This document shows, piece after piece, positions 1 to 9,501 of a stretch of DNA of 62,482 nucleotides. Numbering within the stretch: the stretch's first letter is position 1; every line of letters begins with the position of its first letter. Position numbers and translations under genes: made by a program. Under the pieces are notes generated by a model. It was not told where the DNA came from, made no database searches, and was given only the letters and a program-made list of their open reading frames with translations. The stretch is from an uncultured Dehalococcoidaceae bacterium (GTDB lineage: Bacteria; Chloroflexota; Dehalococcoidia; Dehalococcoidales; RBG-16-60-22): contig CAYWAU010000001.1 in assembly GCA_964456395.1 (NCBI GenBank), positions 1-62,482 of the forward strand, read 5' to 3'.

Positions 1-131
1 AAAAAGCTATCGCTGATGTCATTGCTGAAGGTAAGCAGGTTACCTACGATATGAAGCCGAGCCGGGACGACCCGGGAGCCGTCGGCACATCGCAGGTAGC
101 CGATGCCGTGATTGAAAAATTAAGGGGGTGA
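1..131 (+). CDS. 3' end of an isocitrate/isopropylmalate dehydrogenase-family gene (5' part outside window)
   Basis: Frame 3 is open from the window edge to TGA at 129-131. It translates to KAIADVIAEGKQVTYDMKPSRDDPGAVGTSQVADAVIEKLRG, which resembles the C-terminal tail of beta-decarboxylating dehydrogenases. Confidence 0.45.
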   Translation, partial: KAIADVIAEGKQVTYDMKPSRDDPGAVGTSQVADAVIEKLRG

Positions 132-142
132 GGTAGACAAAT

Positions 143-487
143 ATGGCTACGGACTGTATTTTCTGCAAGATAGCCTCCGGGGAGATACCCACTGAAATCC
201 TGTATCAGGATGATGAAGTATTCGCCTTCCGAGACATCAAGCCAATAACACCCGTCCACCTGCTGGTCGTCTCCAGGAAGCACATCACGTCCCTGGCTGA
301 CATGACCGATGCCGAAACGCCAATCATCGGGAAAATGACCAGGGTTGCCAACCAACTGGCCAGGGAGCAGGGTATTGCCGAAAGCGGCTACCGGCTGACC
401 ATTAACAGCGGTGCGGACTCAGGACAGCTGGTGCCCCACCTCCATATGCATCTTATGGGGGGGCGGATGCTGAAGTGGGTTCACTAG
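143..487 (+). CDS. hinT: HIT-family (histidine triad) nucleotide-binding protein
   Basis: 114 aa. Has CIFCKI near the N-terminus and the histidine-triad motif HLHMHLMGG near the C-terminus. Confidence 0.9.
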   Translation: MATDCIFCKIASGEIPTEILYQDDEVFAFRDIKPITPVHLLVVSRKHITSLADMTDAETPIIGKMTRVANQLAREQGIAESGYRLTINSGADSGQLVPHLHMHLMGGRMLKWVH

Positions 488-491
488 CCTC

Positions 492-1028
492 TTAATGCGC
501 TTTCCGGTACTCCAGGAAGGACAGCAGCCCGGCGATGCTCTTGGCGTCGCAGATTTTACCCGAGTCAATAAGCTCGGGAATCCGCTTAATCGGCACCCGG
601 ACCACTTTAATACCCTCGGTATCCTCGGCATATAGCTGGCCGGGGGTAAGGTCAGTAGCCAGATAAAGATAGAGATACTCGGTGCAGTAGCCGGGTGTTG
701 AGTAGAAACCACCCAGATGCTCCACTCTCTGCGGCCGGAAGCCGGTCTCCTCCTGCATCTCCCGTATCACCGCTTCCCCGGCGTCCTCACCGTCATCAAT
801 GCCGCCCGCCGGTATCTCCAGCAGTTCCTTCTCCACCGGCTTGCGAAACTGATTGACCAGCAGGACATTATCATCAGCATCAACGGCAATGATAGCCACA
901 CAATCGGCATGCTCCACAATCTCTCGCGTGCTCTGGCGTCCGCTGGTTGTTCGTACGGTATCGACGCGCAGCTTTACGGCTCGCCCTTCGTAGATTATCT
1001 GACTGGAAAGTGTCTTCTCGGCAGCCAA
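492..1028 (-). CDS. NUDIX hydrolase, ADP-ribose pyrophosphatase-like
   Basis: Nudix box GGIDDGEDAGEAVIREMQEETGF. The ORF track extends to 1241, but that stretch overlaps the upstream GNAT gene. A TTG at 1028 is preceded by GAGGAG about 10 nt upstream. ATG at 1070 is the alternative start. Confidence 0.8.
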   Translation of the reverse strand: MAAEKTLSSQIIYEGRAVKLRVDTVRTTSGRQSTREIVEHADCVAIIAVDADDNVLLVNQFRKPVEKELLEIPAGGIDDGEDAGEAVIREMQEETGFRPQRVEHLGGFYSTPGYCTEYLYLYLATDLTPGQLYAEDTEGIKVVRVPIKRIPELIDSGKICDAKSIAGLLSFLEYRKAH

Positions 1029-1029
1029 A

Positions 1030-1497
1030 CTAGACTTTCTCCTCGGCGTGGTAGATAAGGGAGGTCTCATCGCAGTTGGGGAATTTGGGACAGCGAAAGC
1101 AGTCAGTCCAGACCTTGCGCGGCAGTTCCATCTTGTCGATATCAGTAAACTTGTGCCGCTTGAAGAAGTCCGGCTGATAGGTAAAGCAAAAGACGGTTTT
1201 AATGCCAAGTCCCGCTGCTTCCTTGAGGCAGGCATCGACAAGCTGGTCGCCCAGGCCCTTCCCTTTGCTGTCCTCGACTACAGCCATCGACCTTATCTCG
1301 GCGAGGTCTGACCAGCTAACGTGCAGTGCCCCGCAGGCAACCACCCGGTCACTGTCTCTGATGACAAAGAAGTCCCGGATACCCTCATACAGTTCGCTCA
1401 GCGGCCGCGCCAGCATCTCCCCCTTATCGGCGTAGTCATTAATCAGCTTATGTATCTGGGGTATATCCGGGATTCTAGCCTTTTCTACCTGATTCAC
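1030..1497 (-). CDS. GNAT-family N-acetyltransferase (amino-acid N-acetyltransferase-like)
   Basis: 155 aa. Acetyl-CoA-binding-type segment AVVEDSKGKGLGDQLVDACLKEA, with typical GNAT length and layout. Confidence 0.75.
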   Translation of the reverse strand: MNQVEKARIPDIPQIHKLINDYADKGEMLARPLSELYEGIRDFFVIRDSDRVVACGALHVSWSDLAEIRSMAVVEDSKGKGLGDQLVDACLKEAAGLGIKTVFCFTYQPDFFKRHKFTDIDKMELPRKVWTDCFRCPKFPNCDETSLIYHAEEKV

Positions 1498-2326
1498 TCT
1501 GTTTTCCTTTCAACTTTTCTTCCAGGGAACTATAGAAGGAGTTTTCGGGACGAATTCTCCAGAAACGAACCGTATTGGGGCTCTGCTTTACAGTAACCGT
1601 GTCACCATTTGATAAGGGTAGATTTATGTGCCCGTCAACACTGATAGTTGCCGGATGATATGTGTTGAGGCGCAATTCCACTTCGGCAGTTTTCGGTAAT
1701 ACCAGGGCATAAGCCGAACTGAGGTGAGGGGCTATTGGCACCAGCAGGAAATCCCCGGACTGCGGATAGATAACAGGACCACGTGCCGCCAGTGCGTAAC
1801 CGGTGCTGCCGGTGGCTGTCGCCACAATCACACCGTCAGTTTTATATGTGGTCATATACTGGCCGTCAATGCTCACTTCTACCCTAATTACCCGGGCGAT
1901 TTCCCCTCGCGCCACCACAATATCGTTCAGGGCATGAAATATTTGAGGTTCCCGGTCGGAGGTGGCAAGCTCTGCCTGAAGCATAGCCCTTTCGTCTATC
2001 CAGCCTTCGGTATTGAGCAATGCCGGTAACTTCTCCAGAGCCTCGTCAGCATCAATTTCGGTCATGAAGCCAAGCTTGCCCAGATTTATGCCGGTAATAA
2101 GGGTTGTCCCGGGAATTATTACCTGGGCCGCTCGCAGAATGGTACCATCACCGCCCACCGTAAGAAGCAGGTCGGTGCCGCCTAATTGCGCCCTGGCACC
2201 ATCCCTGTCCCAGGCAGAACATATCCAGACCGAAAAACCCCTTGAGCCCAAGAACCCTTCCAGTTCCTTAGCCTTAATCTGGGTCGCTTCAACCTTGGGA
2301 TGATACAGGATGCCGACTTTTTTCAC
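1475..2326 (-). CDS. nadK: NAD+ kinase
   Basis: GGDGTILRAA motif, NDIVV, and TATGSTGYALAA motif. The likely start is GTG at 2326 (VKKVGILYHP) rather than the upstream ATG at 2383. Confidence 0.9.
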   Translation of the reverse strand: MKKVGILYHPKVEATQIKAKELEGFLGSRGFSVWICSAWDRDGARAQLGGTDLLLTVGGDGTILRAAQVIIPGTTLITGINLGKLGFMTEIDADEALEKLPALLNTEGWIDERAMLQAELATSDREPQIFHALNDIVVARGEIARVIRVEVSIDGQYMTTYKTDGVIVATATGSTGYALAARGPVIYPQSGDFLLVPIAPHLSSAYALVLPKTAEVELRLNTYHPATISVDGHINLPLSNGDTVTVKQSPNTVRFWRIRPENSFYSSLEEKLKGKQSESGRKG

Positions 2327-2475
2327 AGTGATTACCTTTACCCGCCTGAGGCAAATCTCCGGTGGACAAAGAAAGTGTAACAATTCTTCCGTTGCAGTGT
2401 CAAGCTAATCAGGATGAGACTATTTATTGACCGTTGTATTATGCTATAATATTTGCTCAGAACGGGGGATAAAGA

Positions 2476-2886
2476 ATGACAGGGACAAGGCGAAAAGCGA
2501 GGACTATTGCCCTACAGACATTATATGAGATTGACTCAATATCGCGCAGCGCTGAGGCGGTGGTGGAGCGCCTTCTGGCTGAAGGGGAATTATCCGAAGA
2601 AAATAATGACTTTGTCCGCGAGCTGGTAAGCGGCGTCATCCAGAATAAGGATGAGATTGATGGTAACATTCAGAGATTTGCCCCGGCCTGGCCGATAGAA
2701 CAGATAGCGATGATTGACCGAAACATTCTCAGACTTGCAATCTTTGAGATTTTATTTGATAATAAAGTACCAGTTAAAGTAGCCGTGAATGAAGCGGTTG
2801 AGCTGGCGAAGAGTTTTGGGAGTGATAATTCATCCAAGTTCGTAAACGGGGTTCTGGGTTCGGTTAGCGCCCTTGCCAGCCGATAG
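2476..2886 (+). CDS. nusB: transcription antitermination factor NusB
   Basis: 136 aa. [17 protein letters not shown] at the N-terminus and [13 protein letters not shown]...KFVNGVLG at the C-terminus are typical of NusB. Confidence 0.9.
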   Translation: MTGTRRKARTIALQTLYEIDSISRSAEAVVERLLAEGELSEENNDFVRELVSGVIQNKDEIDGNIQRFAPAWPIEQIAMIDRNILRLAIFEILFDNKVPVKVAVNEAVELAKSFGSDNSSKFVNGVLGSVSALASR

Positions 2887-2912
2887 AAAGTTCTTGTAAA
2901 GGGGGATACGAA

Positions 2913-3173
2913 GTGGCAACTGTCTTTGAGCGAATAAAAGCGATAGTTGTGGAGCAGCTTGGTGTTGATGAAGGTGACGTGGTGCCCACAGCTAGCTTTG
3001 TTGAGGATTTGGGAGCTGATTCACTGGACCTGGTGGAACTGATAATGTCTTTAGAAGAGGAGTTCAGCAAACCAGACAGTAAAATGGAGATACCGGATGA
3101 GGATGCCGAAAAGATAGTGACCATTCAGGACGCTATTAATTATATAAAAGAGCAGGGTATTAAGGATGCTTAG
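2913..3173 (+). CDS. acpP: acyl carrier protein
   Basis: 86 aa with GTG start. Phosphopantetheine attachment motif [13 protein letters not shown]. Confidence 0.9.
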   Translation: MATVFERIKAIVVEQLGVDEGDVVPTASFVEDLGADSLDLVELIMSLEEEFSKPDSKMEIPDEDAEKIVTIQDAINYIKEQGIKDA

Positions 3174-3211
3174 GGCATTCTGGGCACGGCAACCTTAATA
3201 ACCTGAGTCAT

Positions 3212-3982
3212 TTACATACTTTTAACCCAGCTGACGGCATTCAGGAATATCTGCAGTCCGTCTCCGTAATTCCTCTGAGTTTCTCCTGTCCACCTCGGGT
3301 GTTGTGTCCAGCGGATGAAGCGTTCCGGATGCGGCATCATGGCGAAGATGCGCCCCGAAGTATCACAGATGCCGGCTATATTTCGCACCGAGCCGTTCGG
3401 ATTATGCGGGTAGCCCGCCCCGGTGTTGCCAGTCTCGTCCGCGTAATGCAGGACTATATTTAACCTGTCGGCCAAGCCGGGTTCCACAACCACCTTGCCC
3501 TCTCCGTGGGCAACCGGGAGATACAGGCTGTGTATACCCCGGGTGAATATGCAGGGGCTCGCCTCGTTGACCTGCAGATATACCCAGCAGCACTCAAATT
3601 TACCAGAGTCATTGCCGGTCAGGGTCAATGGCTGGGCACCCTCACCTGTCAGCCTGGGCAGAATCCCGGCTTTTACCAGGACCTGAAAGCCGTTGCAGAT
3701 GCCGAGGATGAGCCTGCCATCTTCAACGAACCTCTGGATATCTTCTCCCAGCCTCAGCCTGAGTTCGTTAGCCAGGATTTTACCGGCGGAGATATCGTCA
3801 CCATAGGTAAAACCACCGGGACTGACCATTATCTGGTAATCAGCCAGGCGCTTTTCCCGGCGAAAAAGCTCGCTGACCAGCGCCGAGTCAACCTCGGCCC
3901 CGGCCTGTTCAAAGGCAACCTGCGTCTCAAAATCACAGTTAGTGCCGGGGGCTCGCAGTATCAGTGCTTTTACCTTCGCCAT
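3212..3982 (-). CDS. purQ: phosphoribosylformylglycinamidine synthase, glutaminase subunit PurQ
   Basis: Class I amidotransferase with GICNGFQ (nucleophile Cys) and MPHPER. The likely start is MAKVKALILRAPGTNCD at 3982, with GGAAGG upstream. Confidence 0.9.
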   Translation of the reverse strand: MAKVKALILRAPGTNCDFETQVAFEQAGAEVDSALVSELFRREKRLADYQIMVSPGGFTYGDDISAGKILANELRLRLGEDIQRFVEDGRLILGICNGFQVLVKAGILPRLTGEGAQPLTLTGNDSGKFECCWVYLQVNEASPCIFTRGIHSLYLPVAHGEGKVVVEPGLADRLNIVLHYADETGNTGAGYPHNPNGSVRNIAGICDTSGRIFAMMPHPERFIRWTQHPRWTGETQRNYGDGLQIFLNAVSWVKSM

Positions 3983-4064
3983 TTTATACCTTCCGGCTTG
4001 AACCTCTTTACGTTGACGCAATCAGTCCGGGGCAGGATAATCATACCTCCTGACGTACAAAATA

Positions 4065-6950
4065 CTACCAGCGCAGAGGTTTCTGCCAGGCCTCTTTCAG
4101 TTCGGCAAGGGTAGCGGCAAGAACCCTGCCGTTACGACCGTAAACCTCAAAATTTTCATTATCTTTAACCTGCCCAATTTCAGCGAAGTCAACTCCTGCC
4201 ATCATCTTCTCAAACTGCAGCTTATCCTCAGGGACAACCTCAGCCAGAAAGCGGGAGTTGGACTCGGAGAAGAGCACGAAATCATCACGCCCTATCGGCT
4301 CCGCCAGCGGGACCTCCGCCAGATAGATTTCCATGCCCAGCCCACCGGCAAAAGCCATCTCGGCGGCGGCCACCCCGATACCACCCTCGCTGCAGTCATG
4401 GCAGGATTTAACCAGACCCTCCTCCGCGACCACCGAAAGGGCATTCATGAGCTTCTTCCCTTTCTCCGGGTTTACCCTGGGCACATTGTTGCCCACCTCT
4501 TCGTGAACGGCGTAATAGTGCGAACCGCCCAGTTCATTCCCAGTGGTGCCGATGATGTAAATCAGGTTGCCCGCCTGCTTGCAGTCCATGGAGACAGCCC
4601 GATTGACATTCTTCATCACTGCCATCGCCGAGATGAGAAGCGTCGGCGGAATACAGATGCTTCCCTGCTCCGTCTCGTACTCGTTATAGAGGCTGTCCTT
4701 ACCCGATATAAAGGGTGTCTCATAGACAACGGCTGTGTCATAGCAGGCCTGCGCCGCCCGCACCAGGTCGCCAAGTCGGTCGGGTTTTTCCGGGTTGCCC
4801 CAGCAGAAGTTGTCCAGCAGAGCTACCTCCTCAAGGCTGCCCCCGACGGCGACAACCTGCCTCAAGGCTTCGTCTATGGCCGATGCCGCCATCCAGTAGG
4901 GGTCAATATCACCATATCTGGGGTTGATGCCATTGGCCACGATAATGCCCATGTCCGAATCAGAAAGCGGCTTGATAATGGCGGCGTCGCCGGGGCCGTC
5001 ATTACTGGCTCCGGTTAGAGGCTTGAGGACGCTGGCGCCCTGTACCTCATGGTCGTACTGGCGTATCACCCATTCCTTGGAACAGACGTTCCACGAACCG
5101 AGTATCTTCATCAGGTCTTCTTTAAGGTCAGGCGGCTGGGGAAAGTCCGGCTCGGCGCGCTGCGGCGGCTCCCAGGCAGCCTCTCTCTCCAGTTGCGGCA
5201 ACCCTTTATGCAGGAACTCCATATCAAGGTCGCCGACGAGATTATCATTATAGAAAAGCTGGAGGCGCCGGTTATCGGTGAACTCTCCGATGACGGTGGC
5301 TTCAACATCCTCGCTCTGGAAGAGTGCCAGTAATCGGTCAACTTTGTCAGGCGGGACCGCCAGCACCATCCGCTCCTGCGATTCGGATACCCATATCTCA
5401 GCATAGGACAGCCCGGAATATTTCAGGGGGACTCGCTCCAGATAGACGCGCACCCCGGTCTCTTCGGCCATTTCTCCCACCGCCGAGGAAAGCCCACCCC
5501 CGCCGCAGTCAGTAATACGACAGTACAGTCCCCGGTCGCGTGCCTTCAGGATGGCATCCATCGTCTTTTTCTCCATGATGGGGTTGCCGATCTGGACGGA
5601 GCTGGATGATATGACCTCGGATTCCTTTTTAAGTTCTCCCGAAGCAAAGGTAACGCCGTGGATACCGTCACGCCCGGTTCTCCCACCTACCAGAACGACA
5701 AGGTCTCCCGTCTTTTGCTGTCCACGCTGGCTCATGCTCCCGGGCAACAGCCCCACCGTGCCGCAGAAAACCAGTGGATTGCCCACATAGCGCTCGTCAA
5801 AGATTATGGCGCCGTTGGACGTTGGGATACCCATGCGGTTACCGTAGTCGGCCACGCCGGCGCGGACACCCTTGAATACGCGGCGCGGGTGCAGCACCCC
5901 TCTGGGGAGGTCGGCGTAGGGAAAATCGGGCGGCCCGAAGCAGAAGACATCAGTATTCAGGATTGGTTTGGCTCCCAGCCCCGTACCCAGGGCGTCACGA
6001 ATGACGCCGCCAATCCCGGTGGCCGCCCCACCATAGGGTTCCACGGCGGAGGGGTGATTGTGCGTCTCCACCTTGAAGCAGACGGCATAGCGGCCATCAA
6101 AATCAATGACCCCGGCATTGTCCCGGAAAACGGAAAGACACCAGGGCTTTTGCAGTTCCTCGGTGACCCTCATGATGGTACTTTTCATCAGGTTGTCAAT
6201 TGTCTGCTCGCCCAGCTTGATTTTACTCTTGAAGGTTTTATGTATGCAGTGCTCCGACCAGGTCTGCGCCAGGGTCTCCAGCTCAACATCGGTAGGATTG
6301 CGGCCCAGTTTGTGAAAGTGGTCCTGAATCCGCTTCATCTCCGACAGACTCAGCCACAGCCTGTCCTGACTCAGCGCCATCAGCCCATCATCGTCCATGT
6401 TCAGCAGGTCTATGGTTTCCAGGGCAAATTCGTAGGTCACCGATGGCAGGGCAACGGCTTCCCGCCTGGCGACGATGTGCTGGACAACGCTATTGACCAG
6501 CAGCTTGTCACAGATTGATTGCAGGACCTCCTCCGGGAGTTCACCCCATAGCAGATACTTCCTGGCGGTTCTTACCGCCGCAACGGTGACTATGCCGAGG
6601 TCGCTGATTCCCTTCATAACGCTTTCCTCAACAGGGTCCATCACACCGGGGTTATAGGCGACTTCGATGAGATGAGCGTCATCCGGGGGCGGCATCTCCC
6701 GGTAGGAATACTCTTCAACTACGGGGTCAGTCAGCAGTTCCTGGCAGATTATTTCAAGCTCAGCCTGGTCTGGTTTTCCCTCCAGAAGATAAATATCGCT
6801 GACGCTGACCCGTTCTACCGATGTAATACCGAGGTCATGTATATCCTTTTGCAGTGCCCCTGCCCTGGGGTCGGTAAACCCGTCTCTGACCGAGACCTCT
6901 ATCCTAAACAAGGAATATCCCTTTCTGTTGCTGCTCTCAGGGTGAGGCAT
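4065..6950 (-). CDS. purL: phosphoribosylformylglycinamidine synthase subunit PurL with N-terminal PurS-like extension
   Basis: 961 aa. The core carries FGAM synthase II motifs (ETHNHPSAVEPYGGAATGIGG, DCGGGGLSSA, NFCWGNP). The first ~200 aa resemble two PurS-like repeats. No separate purS ORF was seen. Confidence 0.9.
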   Translation of the reverse strand: MPHPESSNRKGYSLFRIEVSVRDGFTDPRAGALQKDIHDLGITSVERVSVSDIYLLEGKPDQAELEIICQELLTDPVVEEYSYREMPPPDDAHLIEVAYNPGVMDPVEESVMKGISDLGIVTVAAVRTARKYLLWGELPEEVLQSICDKLLVNSVVQHIVARREAVALPSVTYEFALETIDLLNMDDDGLMALSQDRLWLSLSEMKRIQDHFHKLGRNPTDVELETLAQTWSEHCIHKTFKSKIKLGEQTIDNLMKSTIMRVTEELQKPWCLSVFRDNAGVIDFDGRYAVCFKVETHNHPSAVEPYGGAATGIGGVIRDALGTGLGAKPILNTDVFCFGPPDFPYADLPRGVLHPRRVFKGVRAGVADYGNRMGIPTSNGAIIFDERYVGNPLVFCGTVGLLPGSMSQRGQQKTGDLVVLVGGRTGRDGIHGVTFASGELKKESEVISSSSVQIGNPIMEKKTMDAILKARDRGLYCRITDCGGGGLSSAVGEMAEETGVRVYLERVPLKYSGLSYAEIWVSESQERMVLAVPPDKVDRLLALFQSEDVEATVIGEFTDNRRLQLFYNDNLVGDLDMEFLHKGLPQLEREAAWEPPQRAEPDFPQPPDLKEDLMKILGSWNVCSKEWVIRQYDHEVQGASVLKPLTGASNDGPGDAAIIKPLSDSDMGIIVANGINPRYGDIDPYWMAASAIDEALRQVVAVGGSLEEVALLDNFCWGNPEKPDRLGDLVRAAQACYDTAVVYETPFISGKDSLYNEYETEQGSICIPPTLLISAMAVMKNVNRAVSMDCKQAGNLIYIIGTTGNELGGSHYYAVHEEVGNNVPRVNPEKGKKLMNALSVVAEEGLVKSCHDCSEGGIGVAAAEMAFAGGLGMEIYLAEVPLAEPIGRDDFVLFSESNSRFLAEVVPEDKLQFEKMMAGVDFAEIGQVKDNENFEVYGRNGRVLAATLAELKEAWQKPLRW

Positions 6951-6953
6951 TCA

Positions 6954-8297
6954 TTACAATATCGGCAGGTGTCTCTTAAGCTCATATTCGGTAACCTGAG
7001 TCCGGTACTGGTCCCACTCAATCTTTTTGTTCCGAATAAAGGCATTAAAGACATGGTCGCCGAGGGCCTTTCGTACCAGCTGGCTCTGCTCGGTGAGCAG
7101 TATGGCTTCCAGCAGGCTGGCGGGCAGGATGCCGATGCCTCTCCTCACCCTTTCTTCTTCACCCATTTCATAAACATTCTCTTCTATCGGTTCAGGCGCC
7201 TCGTATCCCTCTTCGATACCTTCCAGTCCCGCCGCCAGCATGACACTGAAGGCAAGGTAGGGATTGCAGGCGGGGTCGGGGGAGCGGAATTCTATCCTGG
7301 TGGCTTTTTCCCGGCCCGGCCGGTAATCAGGGACCCGTACCAGGTCGGAGCGGTTACGCCGTGCCCAGGAAAGGTATACCGGTGCTTCGTAGCCGGGCAC
7401 CAGCCGCTTGTAGGAATTGACCCACTGGTTGCAAACAGCGGTCATCTCGGGGGCATACTTCAACAGCCCGGCAATATAGCACCTGGCCTCTTTAGACAGG
7501 TTATACTCGTCTTTGGCATCAAAAAAGGCATTTTTGTCACCCTTGAACAGCGACTGGTGTACGTGCATGCCGCTCCCGTTGATGCCGAAGACCGGCTTGG
7601 GCATGAAGGTAGCATAGACACCGAACTTCAGGGCAACCTCTTTGACCACCAGTCGGTAGGTCATTACGCTATCAGCCATGGTCAGGGCATCGGCATATCT
7701 CATGTCTATTTCATGCTGGCTGGGGGCAACCTCGTGGTGAGAGTATTCCACCCCTATGTTCATCTCCTCAAGAGCAAGGACTGTTTCCTTCCTCATGTCC
7801 GTGGCGGCATCCCGGGGAGTCATGTCGAAGTAGCCTCCCTGGTCCAGGGGCTCGGTGCCAGTGGCGTCCCGGAAATAGAAATATTCAAGCTCCGGCCCCA
7901 CGTTAAAGGTGTAGCCCATATCAGCGGCCTTTTTCAGGTTCCTTTTCAGGATATATCTGGGGTCGCCATCAAAAGGCTCACCGCCGGGTCTTAAGATATC
8001 GCAGAACATGCGGGCGATGGCGCGGTGCTCGCGGGGTCTCCAGGGCAGTATCTGGAAGGTGTCAGGGTCAGGCAGGGCAACCATATCACTCTCATCAATA
8101 CGGGCAAACCCTTCAATTGAGGAGCCGTCAAAGCCCATCCCCTCCTCCAGCGCCCCCTCCAGTTCCTCCACGGTAATGGCGAAACTCTTCAGGAAACCCA
8201 GAATATCGGTAAACCACAACCTGATGAACTTGACATCATGCTCCTTGGCCAGCTTGAGGACACGTTCTTTACCTTCCTCGGTGTTTCTCAGTATCAT
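6954..8297 (-). CDS. glnA: glutamine synthetase type I
   Basis: 447 aa. FDGSSIEGF, GPELEYF, HHEVAPSQHEI, KPVFGINGSGMHVHQSL, NPYLAF. Confidence 0.95.
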   Translation of the reverse strand: MILRNTEEGKERVLKLAKEHDVKFIRLWFTDILGFLKSFAITVEELEGALEEGMGFDGSSIEGFARIDESDMVALPDPDTFQILPWRPREHRAIARMFCDILRPGGEPFDGDPRYILKRNLKKAADMGYTFNVGPELEYFYFRDATGTEPLDQGGYFDMTPRDAATDMRKETVLALEEMNIGVEYSHHEVAPSQHEIDMRYADALTMADSVMTYRLVVKEVALKFGVYATFMPKPVFGINGSGMHVHQSLFKGDKNAFFDAKDEYNLSKEARCYIAGLLKYAPEMTAVCNQWVNSYKRLVPGYEAPVYLSWARRNRSDLVRVPDYRPGREKATRIEFRSPDPACNPYLAFSVMLAAGLEGIEEGYEAPEPIEENVYEMGEEERVRRGIGILPASLLEAILLTEQSQLVRKALGDHVFNAFIRNKKIEWDQYRTQVTEYELKRHLPIL

Positions 8298-8371
8298 TTT
8301 CCCCTCCTGTCAGGATAGTATGACGTTATCTCCATCTTTATTATTCCTTACGGGTACTGACGTTACCAGCA

Positions 8372-9322
8372 TTAGCCAGCCCGTTTTTCTACCCTGTTGA
8401 CCAAGAAAGTAAGCCACCGACTGGGCTCTTCCTGCTGACCGAAGTCAAGCCCCGCATAAGCTCCATCGGTGGACTCGGCAACATATTTCCCGCCCGATGC
8501 CTTCCGATGCACAGAATCCAGCATACTCTGAAAGCTCCTGCTATCTACGGCATAAGGAAACAGGGATAGAACATCCAGAACTCGCAGGATACCGTATTTG
8601 ACGGCGGGATACTGCAGGCTCTTGAACCGCCTGCCGACACCAAATCCGTCCAAATGTGACCCTTCTTCCCAGTGCTCCAGCAACAAGTCAATAGCACTAT
8701 TGAGCATGGAGTCTTCTCTGTATTTATTATACTGACCAAACAGCATCAGTATATTCAGATTATCCATCGGACATGATTCAATGTCCAGCATACCATAATC
8801 GCTGTTATAACAGTGCCATCCGCCACCACGTACCTGGGAGTTCAGGATAACCCGGATGTACTTCTGTATTCGCGGGTCATCTTTATAACCCATCCGTGCC
8901 AGGGAAGAGATAAGTATTGCCGACATGCAGAAGTAGTTGTCTTTGACATTCGGCGGTATGATAAAAGTACCGTCCGGTTGCTGCCGGCGGAATATTTCCT
9001 CCACTTCCCTGTCCAATCCTATATCATTTACAGTAAGCCCGATGTCGGCCAGAAAAAAGAGGTCCCAGTAGGCTTTCCCCGTTTCAGTATAATGTACCTT
9101 CCCGGTTTTTAACGCCGGTATGCCCACCTGAGTATCTTTAAGCCTGTTTACTATCTCTGTAATAGCGCTATCCCTCAGTACCGGCTTGACATCCGGTTTT
9201 GAATCCAGAAGCTGGAGTTCCACTGCATATTTCAGCCATACAGGACCTTCAAGCAACCAGTCAGTAACTTCTCTATTTAAAATATCTCTCCTTAATTTAT
9301 GTAGACTCTTTAAGCAATACAT
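8372..9322 (-). CDS. hypothetical protein, possibly alpha/alpha-toroid (prenyltransferase/terpene-cyclase-like repeat) fold
   Basis: 316-aa ORF with protein-like composition. QQPDGTF and RGGGWHCYN segments resemble prenyltransferase/squalene-oxidase repeats. No catalytic motif recognised. Confidence 0.4.
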   Translation of the reverse strand: MYCLKSLHKLRRDILNREVTDWLLEGPVWLKYAVELQLLDSKPDVKPVLRDSAITEIVNRLKDTQVGIPALKTGKVHYTETGKAYWDLFFLADIGLTVNDIGLDREVEEIFRRQQPDGTFIIPPNVKDNYFCMSAILISSLARMGYKDDPRIQKYIRVILNSQVRGGGWHCYNSDYGMLDIESCPMDNLNILMLFGQYNKYREDSMLNSAIDLLLEHWEEGSHLDGFGVGRRFKSLQYPAVKYGILRVLDVLSLFPYAVDSRSFQSMLDSVHRKASGGKYVAESTDGAYAGLDFGQQEEPSRWLTFLVNRVEKRAG

Positions 9323-9501
9323 CCCTAATATAGTATAAAATCTCTAGTTTGATTTTAGCGTTTTTTACGGCGGCCGTAAAGCCTCTGGCACAGTCAGGAC
9401 AATGGGAAAATGCCGTAAATCCATTATTAAATTGACCAAGGGAATGGTGAAATGTCCGTTGCGGAAATGTACCGAAGAGACTTCGGTACATCAGAAACCA
9501 T

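Noticed and set aside
5658-6518. 286-aa + strand ORF, plus several 60-200-aa ORFs across 4398-6657
   Set aside because: All are antisense to the purL gene, have no motifs, and have shadow-ORF composition.
6672-7994. 440-aa ORF on the + strand
   Set aside because: It is entirely antisense to glnA, whose translation carries unmistakable glutamine synthetase motifs. The + strand product is low-complexity (Gly/Val/Pro/Leu-rich) with no recognisable motif. Long antisense ORFs like this are typical in moderately GC-rich genes.
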